DNA of 62,826 bases. Source: Candidatus Kaiserbacteria bacterium (GTDB lineage Bacteria; Patescibacteriota; Minisyncoccia; Phycocordibacterales; UBA918). Positions 8,743-16,755 of the stretch are shown piece after piece (the first letter of the stretch is position 1; every line of letters starts with the position of its first letter). The stretch is from contig JAGQMJ010000001.1 of NCBI GenBank assembly GCA_020428685.1, positions 1 to 62,826 on the forward strand, in the 5' to 3' direction. The notes under the pieces were generated by a model. That model was given only the letters and a program-made list of their open reading frames with translations, was not told the DNA's origin and did no database searches. Position numbers and translations under genes: made by a program.

Positions 8743-10266
8743 ATGTCGATTTCAAAAGTAAACACAATACAACCAGGAGTTCTAGGGGGTACCGTTGTAA
8801 CAATTGAAGCAGATATTGCGCGTGGTCTCCACGCCTTTTCTGTAGTCGGTCTGGCCGGCAAGGCTGTAGATGAATCAAAAGACAGGGTTGGCAGCGCAAT
8901 CAAACACACTGGCTTTCCGTCTCCCAAAACTAAAAATCAAAAAGTGGTTATTTCTCTTTCTCCGGCTGACCTCAAGAAGGAGGGGCCACTGTTTGATCTG
9001 CCAATTGCAATCTCATACTTAATCGCTGCTAAAGAAATTACTGTTGATGATACGAAACGAATTTATTTGGGCGAACTCGGACTTGATGGAAATCTAAAAC
9101 CAGTTCGAGGAATCTTGAATGCGATTATTGCAGCGAAGGAGAGTGGATTTCAAGAGGCTATTGTGCCATTTGATAACGCAGAAGAAGCAGCTTTAATTGA
9201 CGACATTGAAATTAGGCCAGCCAAAAATCTACTCGAAGTGATTGAGTATATCAACCAAAATCAAGCAGACGACACTATTCCAAAACCACTCCCCATACAA
9301 CCCAACACCGTTATCGGTAATGACTGGTACGAAAGTAGCGTGAACCTAGAGGATGTAAAAGGGCAAGAAAGTGCTAAGAGAGGACTCATCATCGCTGCTG
9401 CTGGTAGGCACAATGTGATACTGGTCGGACCGCCTGGTACCGGCAAGACCATGCTGGCTCGCGCCTTACGTGGTCTTCTGCCACCTCTTACACGAGAAGA
9501 AGCTTTATCTGTCACAGCTATCCATTCACTCGTAGGTGACAACGCAAACATCACAACTCGACCGCCATTTCGTTCACCACATCACACCGCTTCGCACACT
9601 TCTCTAGTCGGAGGGGGCAGCAACCCAAGACCGGGCGAAATAACTTTAGCTCATAACGGCGTGCTTTTTATGGACGAGTTTGCAGAATTTGAAAGACGGT
9701 CTATCGATGCCTTGCGACAACCACTAGAAGATAGAGTGGTTTCTATATCAAGAGTCTTGGGAACCGTAAAATTTCCCGCTGACTTTATTTTGGTAGCTGC
9801 CTTAAATCCATACCGAGGAAGTGAAGACGGTACCACCGACCTAATGGGAGCGATGCAAGAAACCTACAAAAATAAAATATCCGGACCAATCTTGGACAGG
9901 ATAGATTTGTGGATTGAAGTGCCACATGTGCCTTATGATGTTTTAACATCGCTTCCAAGTAAAAGCAGAGAAACCGAAACAGCCAGAACAATGATTTTAG
10001 AGGCACGACAAATGCAGGCTGGGAGACTGGAGGATGTAGAAGCTAACACAAACTCAACCATGTCGGCTCGTGATTTGGAACAAAAGATAAATCTCAAAGA
10101 TGAGGTTAAAGATTTACTAAAGCTCTCTAGTCAAAGATTAAATTTATCACCCCGCAGCTATCACAGACTAATCAAGGTGGCGAGAACTATTGCTGACCTA
10201 GATAAGTGTGAGGACATCGAAACAACTCACGTACTCGAAGCATTGCAGTATAGGGTAGGAGGGTAA
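8743..10266 (+). CDS. comM: YifB/ComM-family Mg-chelatase-like AAA+ ATPase
   Basis: 507 aa with an N-terminal Lon-like S5 domain. Walker A is GPPGTGKT, Walker B is VLFMDEF, and the C-terminal LSPRSYHRLIKVARTIADL is present. Confidence 0.9.
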   Translation: MSISKVNTIQPGVLGGTVVTIEADIARGLHAFSVVGLAGKAVDESKDRVGSAIKHTGFPSPKTKNQKVVISLSPADLKKEGPLFDLPIAISYLIAAKEITVDDTKRIYLGELGLDGNLKPVRGILNAIIAAKESGFQEAIVPFDNAEEAALIDDIEIRPAKNLLEVIEYINQNQADDTIPKPLPIQPNTVIGNDWYESSVNLEDVKGQESAKRGLIIAAAGRHNVILVGPPGTGKTMLARALRGLLPPLTREEALSVTAIHSLVGDNANITTRPPFRSPHHTASHTSLVGGGSNPRPGEITLAHNGVLFMDEFAEFERRSIDALRQPLEDRVVSISRVLGTVKFPADFILVAALNPYRGSEDGTTDLMGAMQETYKNKISGPILDRIDLWIEVPHVPYDVLTSLPSKSRETETARTMILEARQMQAGRLEDVEANTNSTMSARDLEQKINLKDEVKDLLKLSSQRLNLSPRSYHRLIKVARTIADLDKCEDIETTHVLEALQYRVGG

Positions 10267-10305
10267 AAGAAAAGGCCCGGCGCTTCGCGCCGGGCCTTTT
10301 CTTTT
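10265..10305. terminator. Bidirectional intrinsic terminator
   Basis: AAAAGAAAAGGCCCGGCG-CTTC-GCGCCGGGCCTTTTCTTTT between convergent genes. Confidence 0.85.
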
Positions 10306-10309
10306 TACC

Positions 10310-11302
10310 CTAGAAAGGATTCTTCGCTCCTCGAACTTCAAAGTGGAGATGGGTTCCGGTTGAGCGTCCAGTACTTCCCATGCCACCAATCACTTGACCA
10401 GCTGAAACATATTCTCCAGCTCCAACCGCGTTGGTTGATAGGTGAGCATATAGAGTCTGCGCACCATTCGGGTGACGGATTACTACGTACTGACCATAAC
10501 CACCATTCCATCCAGAACTCTTCGAAACAATCACTTCACCAGCCGCTGCTGCTCTAATAGAAGAACCGTATCCACCTGCCAAGTCCACTGCGTTGTAACC
10601 ATGGATTCCTTGAGTCTTGACCGAGCCAGGAGCAGGATGAGAGAACCCAGCACTTGATGCGCCAGAAGTCTTTACTGGCTGAGAACTTGCCGCCACTCTG
10701 ACTGGTGCCGCATGCATCGCACCTCCAGGAATAATAAGTGTGTCCCCAACAGCCAGGCCATCAGCTGAAGTTAATTGGTTGTAAGACAGAATTTCTTCAA
10801 CATTTCCTTCATACTTCTTAGCAATCGTACTAATTGTGTCACCCTTCTTTACAATATGCTGAACACCAACAATCGGCAGAATAACAAGTGTATCTCCAGG
10901 CTGGATTTCGGTAGCTCGGTTTAGATCATTTGCCCACATAATAGTATTGGTAGTAACACCAAACATCTCGGCCACCTCAGAAAGGGAGTCGCCTGGTCGC
11001 ACAGTATAAACTCTAATTTCTGACGAATTAGTCTTATTTTGAGCAATAATCTCTTCTCCGACCGGGCCGTTAGAAACAAGAGCATTTTCATCAACCACAA
11101 TTTCTGCACCACCTCGGGCACCTAGCGGGTTTGGGTTCTGGAGTGCTGCTAAAAGTGGCACATCTGCCGCTGCAGCGGTTGCAATATTTGCTTCAGGCAA
11201 AACTTGCGCAGAAGCATTTGTAAAAAATTTATCAAAAAATCCAGCTTGTACCGATAGCGGTACTGCAATGAATAAAGCTAGGAATGTTACTTCCGTAGCC
11301 AC
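10310..11302 (-). CDS. Secreted LysM-repeat / M23-family peptidoglycan metalloendopeptidase
   Basis: Signal peptide and two LysM-like repeats (YTVRPGDSLSEVAEMFGV, HIVKKGDTISTIAKKYEG). The M23 motifs are HGYNAVDL and GSTGRSTGTHLHFEV. The start codon is GTG. Confidence 0.85.
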   Translation of the reverse strand: MATEVTFLALFIAVPLSVQAGFFDKFFTNASAQVLPEANIATAAAADVPLLAALQNPNPLGARGGAEIVVDENALVSNGPVGEEIIAQNKTNSSEIRVYTVRPGDSLSEVAEMFGVTTNTIMWANDLNRATEIQPGDTLVILPIVGVQHIVKKGDTISTIAKKYEGNVEEILSYNQLTSADGLAVGDTLIIPGGAMHAAPVRVAASSQPVKTSGASSAGFSHPAPGSVKTQGIHGYNAVDLAGGYGSSIRAAAAGEVIVSKSSGWNGGYGQYVVIRHPNGAQTLYAHLSTNAVGAGEYVSAGQVIGGMGSTGRSTGTHLHFEVRGAKNPF

Positions 11303-11498
11303 CCTAATCTTAGGGGAGATAGAATTTAAATATGAAAACTGATGGTCTGGTTTTCCAGAGCAATCATCAGATGATTCTGAGTGAGGTTGAATACGTCTTC
11401 GGTTAAGGTCTCGCCGCCGTGCTATCGATACTTCCGTTCAAGGTGTCTGAAAAGGAGTTTTTATCCTCCCGACATACCAACGCTTTGGTACGAGAGAC

Positions 11499-11526
11499 AT
11501 TCTACTAGAGAAGATAGGGATAGCAA
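11499..11526 (-). promoter_or_regulatory. Sigma-70-like promoter for the LysM/M23 gene (minus strand)
   Basis: Minus strand reads TTGCTA-N16-TAGAAT. This predicts a 5' leader of about 190 nt. Confidence 0.4.
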
Positions 11527-11599
11527 TTGACGAAATACACTTTTTTGGCCAATTGCTTTATCGTCTGTTTTAGCCTGCTTTAGAGCCTCATAAATGCCA

Positions 11600-11628
11600 T
11601 TGACACAAATATATTTAAATAGTAAAGT
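11600..11628 (+). promoter_or_regulatory. Sigma-70-like promoter (plus strand) in the intergenic region
   Basis: TTGACA (11600-11605), a 17-nt spacer, then TAAAGT (11623-11628). An ATG lies 6 nt downstream. Confidence 0.45.
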
Positions 11629-11634
11629 TTTTAC

Positions 11635-11778
11635 ATGCGACAAATTGTCCAAAATCTTAGTGTTTCAAAAGTGCCGACAGCATGGCCTCTTTGCTATGCC
11701 GTCAACACAACAAACCGTACTATGTCCGGTTTTGTATTTGCATCTAACACTTTTAGGCAATTTGGTTTGACGACGTAA
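11635..11778 (+). CDS. Possible leaderless 47-codon micro-ORF, or simply the 5' part of a structured leader/sRNA
   Basis: ATG at the predicted transcription start. Translation is MRQIVQNLSVSKVPTAWPLCYAVNTTNRTMSGFVFASNTFRQFGLTT. No SD and no recognisable family. Confidence 0.15.
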   Translation: MRQIVQNLSVSKVPTAWPLCYAVNTTNRTMSGFVFASNTFRQFGLTT

Positions 11779-11802
11779 ACTCCACTTGAATTTATCTCTT
11801 CT

Positions 11803-11836
11803 AAGCAGCTTGCCTTCAGCAAGCTGCTTTTGTTCT
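11803..11836 (+). terminator. Plus-strand intrinsic terminator/attenuator just upstream of the GNAT gene RBS
   Basis: AAGCAGCTTGC-CTTCA-GCAAGCTGCTT followed by TTGTTCTTTC. The tail is T-rich only in the plus orientation. Confidence 0.7.
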
Positions 11837-11856
11837 TTCAACTAGGAGATACAACC

Positions 11857-12447
11857 ATGGACGATTTCATCACCCCTGCAATCTGGCGGAAAGGGAAGAA
11901 GACCATTCTGCGGCCTATTTGCGAAGCAAATTTGCCCTTGTTGCAGACATGGATCAACGATCCAGCCAATAACAAATACTTGTTTGTAACTTGGCCGATG
12001 ACGATGGCAAACGAGAGAGCTTGGTTTGAAAAGTCTAATCAGGACCCAATGAACCATCTCTCACTTTGCATCTACACACATGATGACAAGCCCATCGGCA
12101 ACATCTCACTTCACATCAACCTCCACAGACAAAGCGCTGTCACTGGCACTCTGATAGGTGAATCTGATTATCAGAACAAAGGTTACGGAACTGACGCTAA
12201 GATGTTGCTTCTCGAGTACGCTTTTATGTGGCGAGGCTTGCGCAAGGTTACTTCTAGCATCCTTGCTGGAAACGGACCTAGTCGGTCGTACGCCAAAAAG
12301 TGTGGTTATCGTCACACGGCCACTATCCCCCAAGAACACTTTGTGAACGGGGAGTGGCAAGATGAGGTACAGTACACCGTGTTTCGCGATGAATGGCTAA
12401 AGCGGTGGAAGAAGTACAAAAAAGGCTGGAAACCCAGCTGGTTGTAA
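11857..12447 (+). CDS. GNAT-family N-acetyltransferase (RimJ/RimL-like)
   Basis: ATG preceded by AGGAG. It shows the GNAT core pattern (IGNISLH...GTLIGESDYQNKGYGTDA..LLLEYAF). The track's TTG start at 11830 lies inside the terminator. Confidence 0.75.
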   Translation: MDDFITPAIWRKGKKTILRPICEANLPLLQTWINDPANNKYLFVTWPMTMANERAWFEKSNQDPMNHLSLCIYTHDDKPIGNISLHINLHRQSAVTGTLIGESDYQNKGYGTDAKMLLLEYAFMWRGLRKVTSSILAGNGPSRSYAKKCGYRHTATIPQEHFVNGEWQDEVQYTVFRDEWLKRWKKYKKGWKPSWL

Positions 12448-12451
12448 CATT

Positions 12452-12480
12452 AGGCGCGGACCTTCGGTCCGCGCCTTTTC
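12452..12480 (+). terminator. Intrinsic terminator after the GNAT gene
   Basis: AGGCGCGGACC-TTC-GGTCCGCGCCT followed by TTTTC. Confidence 0.85.
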
Positions 12481-12520
12481 ATTTACACCACACTTTTTTC
12501 CTGTGCTATCATGTCCCAAC

Positions 12521-14482
12521 ATGACTACGAACCTACCTTACACTGACGGTCTAAACGACCCACAAAAACAAGCAGTTTTACACATTGATGGACCACTTAT
12601 GGTGCTAGCCGGAGCTGGTTCAGGTAAAACCAGAGTTATTACACAGCGTATCGTTCACCTGATTCACCAAGGGGTGGCGCCACACAATATTCTGGCCGTT
12701 ACTTTCACCAACAAAGCCGCCAAAGAAATGCGTGGGCGAGTAGAGGAACTCACCCGAAAATATTTCCCCTCCGATCGAGCTGTCATCGACAGCCTGCCGA
12801 CCGTTACCACGTTTCACTCTCTCGGAGTCAGGTTATTGAGGGAGTTTCATGACACCCTTGGCCTGCGTCGACATTTCACTATCTACGATCGCAGCGATAG
12901 TCAGAAAGCTGTAAAACAAGCGATAGAAAAAGCCGGTTACAACCCGAAAGAATTTGAACCAAGAAAAATCCTCTCTATTATTTCTCGCGCTAAGGGTGAT
13001 GCGATTACCCCTCTGGCTTTTAAAGACGCTGCGAATTCTTACCCCGAGCAAGTGGCAGCCGAAGTATGGGAAAGGTATGAAGAAACCCTGCGCGCCGAAC
13101 ATGCGCTAGACTTTGACGACTTGTTGGCCAAAACTCTTTTCTTGCTGCGTGAATACAAGCATGTGCGAGAAACCCTTCAAGCTCGCTACCAGTACATCCA
13201 TGTCGACGAATACCAAGACACCAACCGAGTGCAATTTTCTATAACTGAACTGCTCGCCGGAGAAAAGCACAATATATGTGTAGTAGGTGACATCGACCAA
13301 AATATCTATTCTTGGCGGGGCGCCGACATCAAAAACGTTCTCCAGTTTGAACGTCATTTCCCGCAAGCTACCACCATCCTCCTCGAAGAAAACTACCGCT
13401 CCACCCAAACCATCATCGCAGCCTCAAACGACATTATTAAGAAAAACCAAAACCGGGTTGAAAAAAATGTCTTCACCAATAATCATGAGGGCGAGAAGAT
13501 AACCCTTTACGCAGGCATGACCGGCTACGAAGAAGCGGAGTATGTGGCACTCACCGCACAGTCACTTATAGCCGACGGCGCCGATCCAGCTTCGATTGCG
13601 ATTTTGTACCGCACCAATTTCCAATCACGTTCATTGGAAGAAGCTTTCTTAAACTTCAATGTTCCTTATCAATTACTTGGTACAAAATTCTTCGAGCGAA
13701 AAGAAGTAAAGGATGTACTTTCATACTTGCGCCTAGCTCTGAACCCAGGAAGTAATGCAGACCTAACCCGAGTCATCAATACTCCAGCTCGCGGCATTGG
13801 TAAGGTGACTATGCTTAAAGTAATCGAAGGCAATCGAGCCGAGCTCAATGCTGGTGCAGCCGCAAAAGTAAAAGTGTTTGACGGCATAATGTCTGACATC
13901 GCCAAGACCGCCGTTGAAAAACCTTTGTCTGACACCATAAAATTCATTATGGCGCGAACCGGCCTAGAAGCCAGCTTCAGAGAAGAGGGGACAGAAGAAG
14001 CGATGGAAAGAATCGAGAACTTGCGTGAGCTGGTTACGCTTGCAAGTCGCTACAATGACATCGAACCGAGTGAAGCGGTCGAGCAGCTTTTAGAAAGTGC
14101 TGCGCTTCAAAGTGACCAAGACGAACTCAAGGAAAAAGAAGAGCAAAATGCTGTTCGCCTCATGACCATCCACGCCGCCAAAGGACTAGAGTTTGCCTAC
14201 GTGTTTATCACTGGTCTTGAGGAGGGATTGTTTCCACACGAACGCCTCGACGATGGACGCACGGACCAAGAGGAAGAGCGTCGACTTTTCTATGTTGCAC
14301 TGACCAGAGCAGAAAAAAAAGTTTTCTTGACCTACGCGCACATGCGCACTATTTTTGGTAGTCAACGAGTAAACCTACCGTCGTCATTCCTAAATGACAT
14401 TAGCCAAAAACACGTCGAAGCAGCCGAACCAAAAGGCGGCAGTGTGAGCTCTGGCTACGAAACTACTATTTATCTGGACTAA
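12521..14482 (+). CDS. pcrA: UvrD/PcrA-family ATP-dependent DNA helicase
   Basis: Motifs AGAGSGKTRV (Walker A), TFTNKAA, VDEYQDTN, YRS, and TIHAAKGLEF...LFYVALTRA. A GTG at 12503 is an alternative start. Confidence 0.9.
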   Translation: MTTNLPYTDGLNDPQKQAVLHIDGPLMVLAGAGSGKTRVITQRIVHLIHQGVAPHNILAVTFTNKAAKEMRGRVEELTRKYFPSDRAVIDSLPTVTTFHSLGVRLLREFHDTLGLRRHFTIYDRSDSQKAVKQAIEKAGYNPKEFEPRKILSIISRAKGDAITPLAFKDAANSYPEQVAAEVWERYEETLRAEHALDFDDLLAKTLFLLREYKHVRETLQARYQYIHVDEYQDTNRVQFSITELLAGEKHNICVVGDIDQNIYSWRGADIKNVLQFERHFPQATTILLEENYRSTQTIIAASNDIIKKNQNRVEKNVFTNNHEGEKITLYAGMTGYEEAEYVALTAQSLIADGADPASIAILYRTNFQSRSLEEAFLNFNVPYQLLGTKFFERKEVKDVLSYLRLALNPGSNADLTRVINTPARGIGKVTMLKVIEGNRAELNAGAAAKVKVFDGIMSDIAKTAVEKPLSDTIKFIMARTGLEASFREEGTEEAMERIENLRELVTLASRYNDIEPSEAVEQLLESAALQSDQDELKEKEEQNAVRLMTIHAAKGLEFAYVFITGLEEGLFPHERLDDGRTDQEEERRLFYVALTRAEKKVFLTYAHMRTIFGSQRVNLPSSFLNDISQKHVEAAEPKGGSVSSGYETTIYLD

Positions 14483-14730
14483 ATTAAGCTTGAGGCAGAA
14501 GGGAAAAGTGAGTCACGCGGCAAAAAAGCACTTACACTCCCTCGACTCATACACTCCTTGGCTGCCCCAGCCAAACCCACCCAGCCATAGTCGCTATTCG
14601 CTGAGGGTGCGTCAGTGTTTTTTTAATGAAAGAAGGTTGAAAAACAATGAGCTTTCAGTAGGGAATCATCCGCTGCGAGAACGACGACTCTCTCTGCAGT
14701 CTATTATTTTGCAGGGTCAAGCGTCCCCAA

Positions 14731-14833
14731 GCACATATTCTATCGGTATATTCTGAGCGTTCGCGGGGGTTTTGCGCTCAGTAATGCCGGCAGACATCGG
14801 AGCGTGTGAGGAATATGCCGATAGAATATGTGC
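14731..14833 (+). repeat. 103-nt nested inverted-repeat element (structured RNA or MITE-like)
   Basis: The 23-nt arms are GCACATATTCTATCGGTATATTC and GAATATGCCGATAGAATATGTGC. Their single difference gives a G-U pair only on the plus-strand RNA. An inner hairpin is TGAGCG...CGCTCA (14754-14780). Confidence 0.6.
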
Positions 14834-14897
14834 GCCCAGTTTTCATTATCTGTATAACCTCAAACAAATACCGCAACTAGTCCCACCACCTCTTTAG

Positions 14898-14926
14898 TTG
14901 CACTTTTTCAGTCAGTACCGTAACGT
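14898..14926 (+). promoter_or_regulatory. Candidate promoter giving a leaderless rsmA mRNA
   Basis: TTGCAC-N17-TAACGT, with the rsmA ATG 6 nt downstream and no SD. Confidence 0.3.
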
Positions 14927-14932
14927 TACAAC

Positions 14933-15742
14933 ATGAAAGAAAAGTTTGAACACAAGAAGTCACTCGGTCAGCATTTTTTAAACAGTGACTACGTGCCAAA
15001 GAAGATGTGTGACGCGGCCGCCATCGAGGCAGGGGACATTGTACTCGAAATCGGCCCTGGCACCGGCGTTCTCACCCGCGAGATACTCCTTCGTGGCGGC
15101 CGCGTCATCGCCATCGAAGCCGACGCGCGCGCCATCGCCGAACTCCAAACAACTTTTCCTAAAGAAATCTCCAATCATCAACTAGTCATTCATCACCACG
15201 ATGCTCGCACCTTAGATTTAGAAGAATTTGGCTTAAAACAAGGCTCTTTTAAGGTAGTTTCAAATATCCCTTACTATCTATCAGGTTTTCTTTTCCGAAC
15301 TATTCTTGAATCAAACTGCCAACCAAACACCTTGGTTTTCCTAATCCAAAAAGAAGTAGCAGAGCGAATCGCTCGTGATGAAAAAGAATCACTTCTATCC
15401 CTATCGATTGAAGTATTTGGCGAGCCTTCATATATATGCACAGTCAAAAAGGGACATTTTACTCCGCCACCAAAAATAGACTCTGCTATCGTAGCCATCA
15501 ATAATATCAGTCGAGACAAATTTAATGATTTTTCTTCTGAATTATTCTTTAAAGTTATCCATCTGGGATTCGCTCAAAAAAGAAAACAATTAATCGGCAA
15601 CCTTTCATCAGAATTTGATAGGGAAGAACTTAAACACATCTTCACCGAACTCGGCCTCCCACTAGACATCCGAGCTGAGGATATAAAGCTAAATACATGG
15701 CTAAACCTTATCAACATCATTAACCACAGGTTTATACACTGA
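14933..15742 (+). CDS. rsmA: 16S rRNA (adenine1518/1519-N6)-dimethyltransferase
   Basis: LGQHFL, the EIGPGTGVLT SAM-binding motif, and SNIPYY. It ends with a TGA stop. Confidence 0.9.
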   Translation: MKEKFEHKKSLGQHFLNSDYVPKKMCDAAAIEAGDIVLEIGPGTGVLTREILLRGGRVIAIEADARAIAELQTTFPKEISNHQLVIHHHDARTLDLEEFGLKQGSFKVVSNIPYYLSGFLFRTILESNCQPNTLVFLIQKEVAERIARDEKESLLSLSIEVFGEPSYICTVKKGHFTPPPKIDSAIVAINNISRDKFNDFSSELFFKVIHLGFAQKRKQLIGNLSSEFDREELKHIFTELGLPLDIRAEDIKLNTWLNLINIINHRFIH

Positions 15743-15851
15743 TATAGGCAGCCTAACCCTCATTGCAAGCAACAGGTTATACACAGACTAATACACAACA
15801 TAGCTGCTCATTCTAAAATAAGCCTTCCCAAGGCTGATATACTAGCTGTAT

Positions 15852-16745
15852 ATGAAGGGGCAGATTAACCCGAAGATTCTTGGCGCATCCATTATCGGTT
15901 TTGCGCTAGTTGCTGGTGCTTACACGATAAGTAATTTCGGTAAGTCTTCAGCCTCTCTACCACAACAAGCCACTGTTGCCAGCATCGAAGTTGCACCTCG
16001 TGAAGCTATTGCCGTGACTGACAACGATCAAAATGGAATCGAGGACTGGCGCGATGAATTCGTCACCACAAAACCAGTCCTGCTTACTGAAGCAGTCGAC
16101 ACCTACAAAGCTCCTGAGACCTTAACCGGCAAGCTAGGTATCGACTTCATGGAGAGCATTATCGAAGCTCGTGGGTTTGGGCCATTTGGGCGAAGTGATG
16201 AAGAAATCATCGCTGATACGGTCAATATTTTAAGCAAGGAAACTGCCCACGACCTATACGACACACCGGATATTATTGTCTTGAAGGAGTGGTCTGACCG
16301 AGACATAGTCAACTACGCCAATATTGCCGCTGACATTATCTCGAGAAATAGTAACTCTGATCTAGAGGGAGAATTGGCTATTTTGCAAGATATTTTGCGA
16401 GATAAAAACGAATCTAGACTCGAGGAGCTCAAGAAGCTTTCTGAGATCTACCGACTCTATCGTGATGAAACCCTCAATCTACCCGCTCCAGCCTTCTTGG
16501 CCAAGCAACACCTAGACCTTATCAATACTTACCACGCCATCCATAAAGATATCGAGGCCATGACTCTGGTCCTAGACGATCCAGCGGTGACACTATTACG
16601 CCTCAAGCGCTACGAAGACGACGCAACAGGGCTTGTTCTATCCCTCCAAAACCTATACCTAGCGCTCGAGCCTCACGCTGACCTTTTTTCTGCCAATGAC
16701 CCAGCCTTATTATTCGTTGCCTTTAGTCCCGATTTTCAAAATTAA
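15852..16745 (+). CDS. Signal-anchored envelope protein, first gene of the T4SS-like cluster
   Basis: N-terminal TM (ILGASIIGFALVAGAYTI), an acidic Ca-binding-like DNDQNGIEDWRDEF motif, and a helical C-terminal domain. Confidence 0.55.
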   Translation: MKGQINPKILGASIIGFALVAGAYTISNFGKSSASLPQQATVASIEVAPREAIAVTDNDQNGIEDWRDEFVTTKPVLLTEAVDTYKAPETLTGKLGIDFMESIIEARGFGPFGRSDEEIIADTVNILSKETAHDLYDTPDIIVLKEWSDRDIVNYANIAADIISRNSNSDLEGELAILQDILRDKNESRLEELKKLSEIYRLYRDETLNLPAPAFLAKQHLDLINTYHAIHKDIEAMTLVLDDPAVTLLRLKRYEDDATGLVLSLQNLYLALEPHADLFSANDPALLFVAFSPDFQN

Positions 16746-16755
16746 TTAATAGCTT

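Noticed and set aside
11461-11652. A 63-aa minus-strand ORF upstream of the LysM/M23 gene.
   Set aside because: It overlaps both divergent candidate promoters, shows no recognisable fold signature, and has no SD. It is probably spurious, though a small regulator cannot be excluded.
14490-14756. An 88-aa ORF in the pcrA-rsmA gap.
   Set aside because: It has a TTG start, no SD, and an Arg/Ser/Pro/Leu-rich composition with no hydrophobic core pattern. The region folds into multiple hairpins and is treated as non-coding.
14483-14932. RNase P RNA, SRP RNA or tmRNA in the three large gaps (11303-11856, 14483-14932, 39158-39498).
   Set aside because: I found none of the three diagnostic signatures. 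There is no GAGGAAAGUCC / ACAGAA..CGGCUUA-type RNase P motif. There is no GGAA-tetraloop with a GGAAGCAGC-type SRP domain IV. There are no tRNA-like termini with a tag ORF. The candidates are therefore left unclassified.
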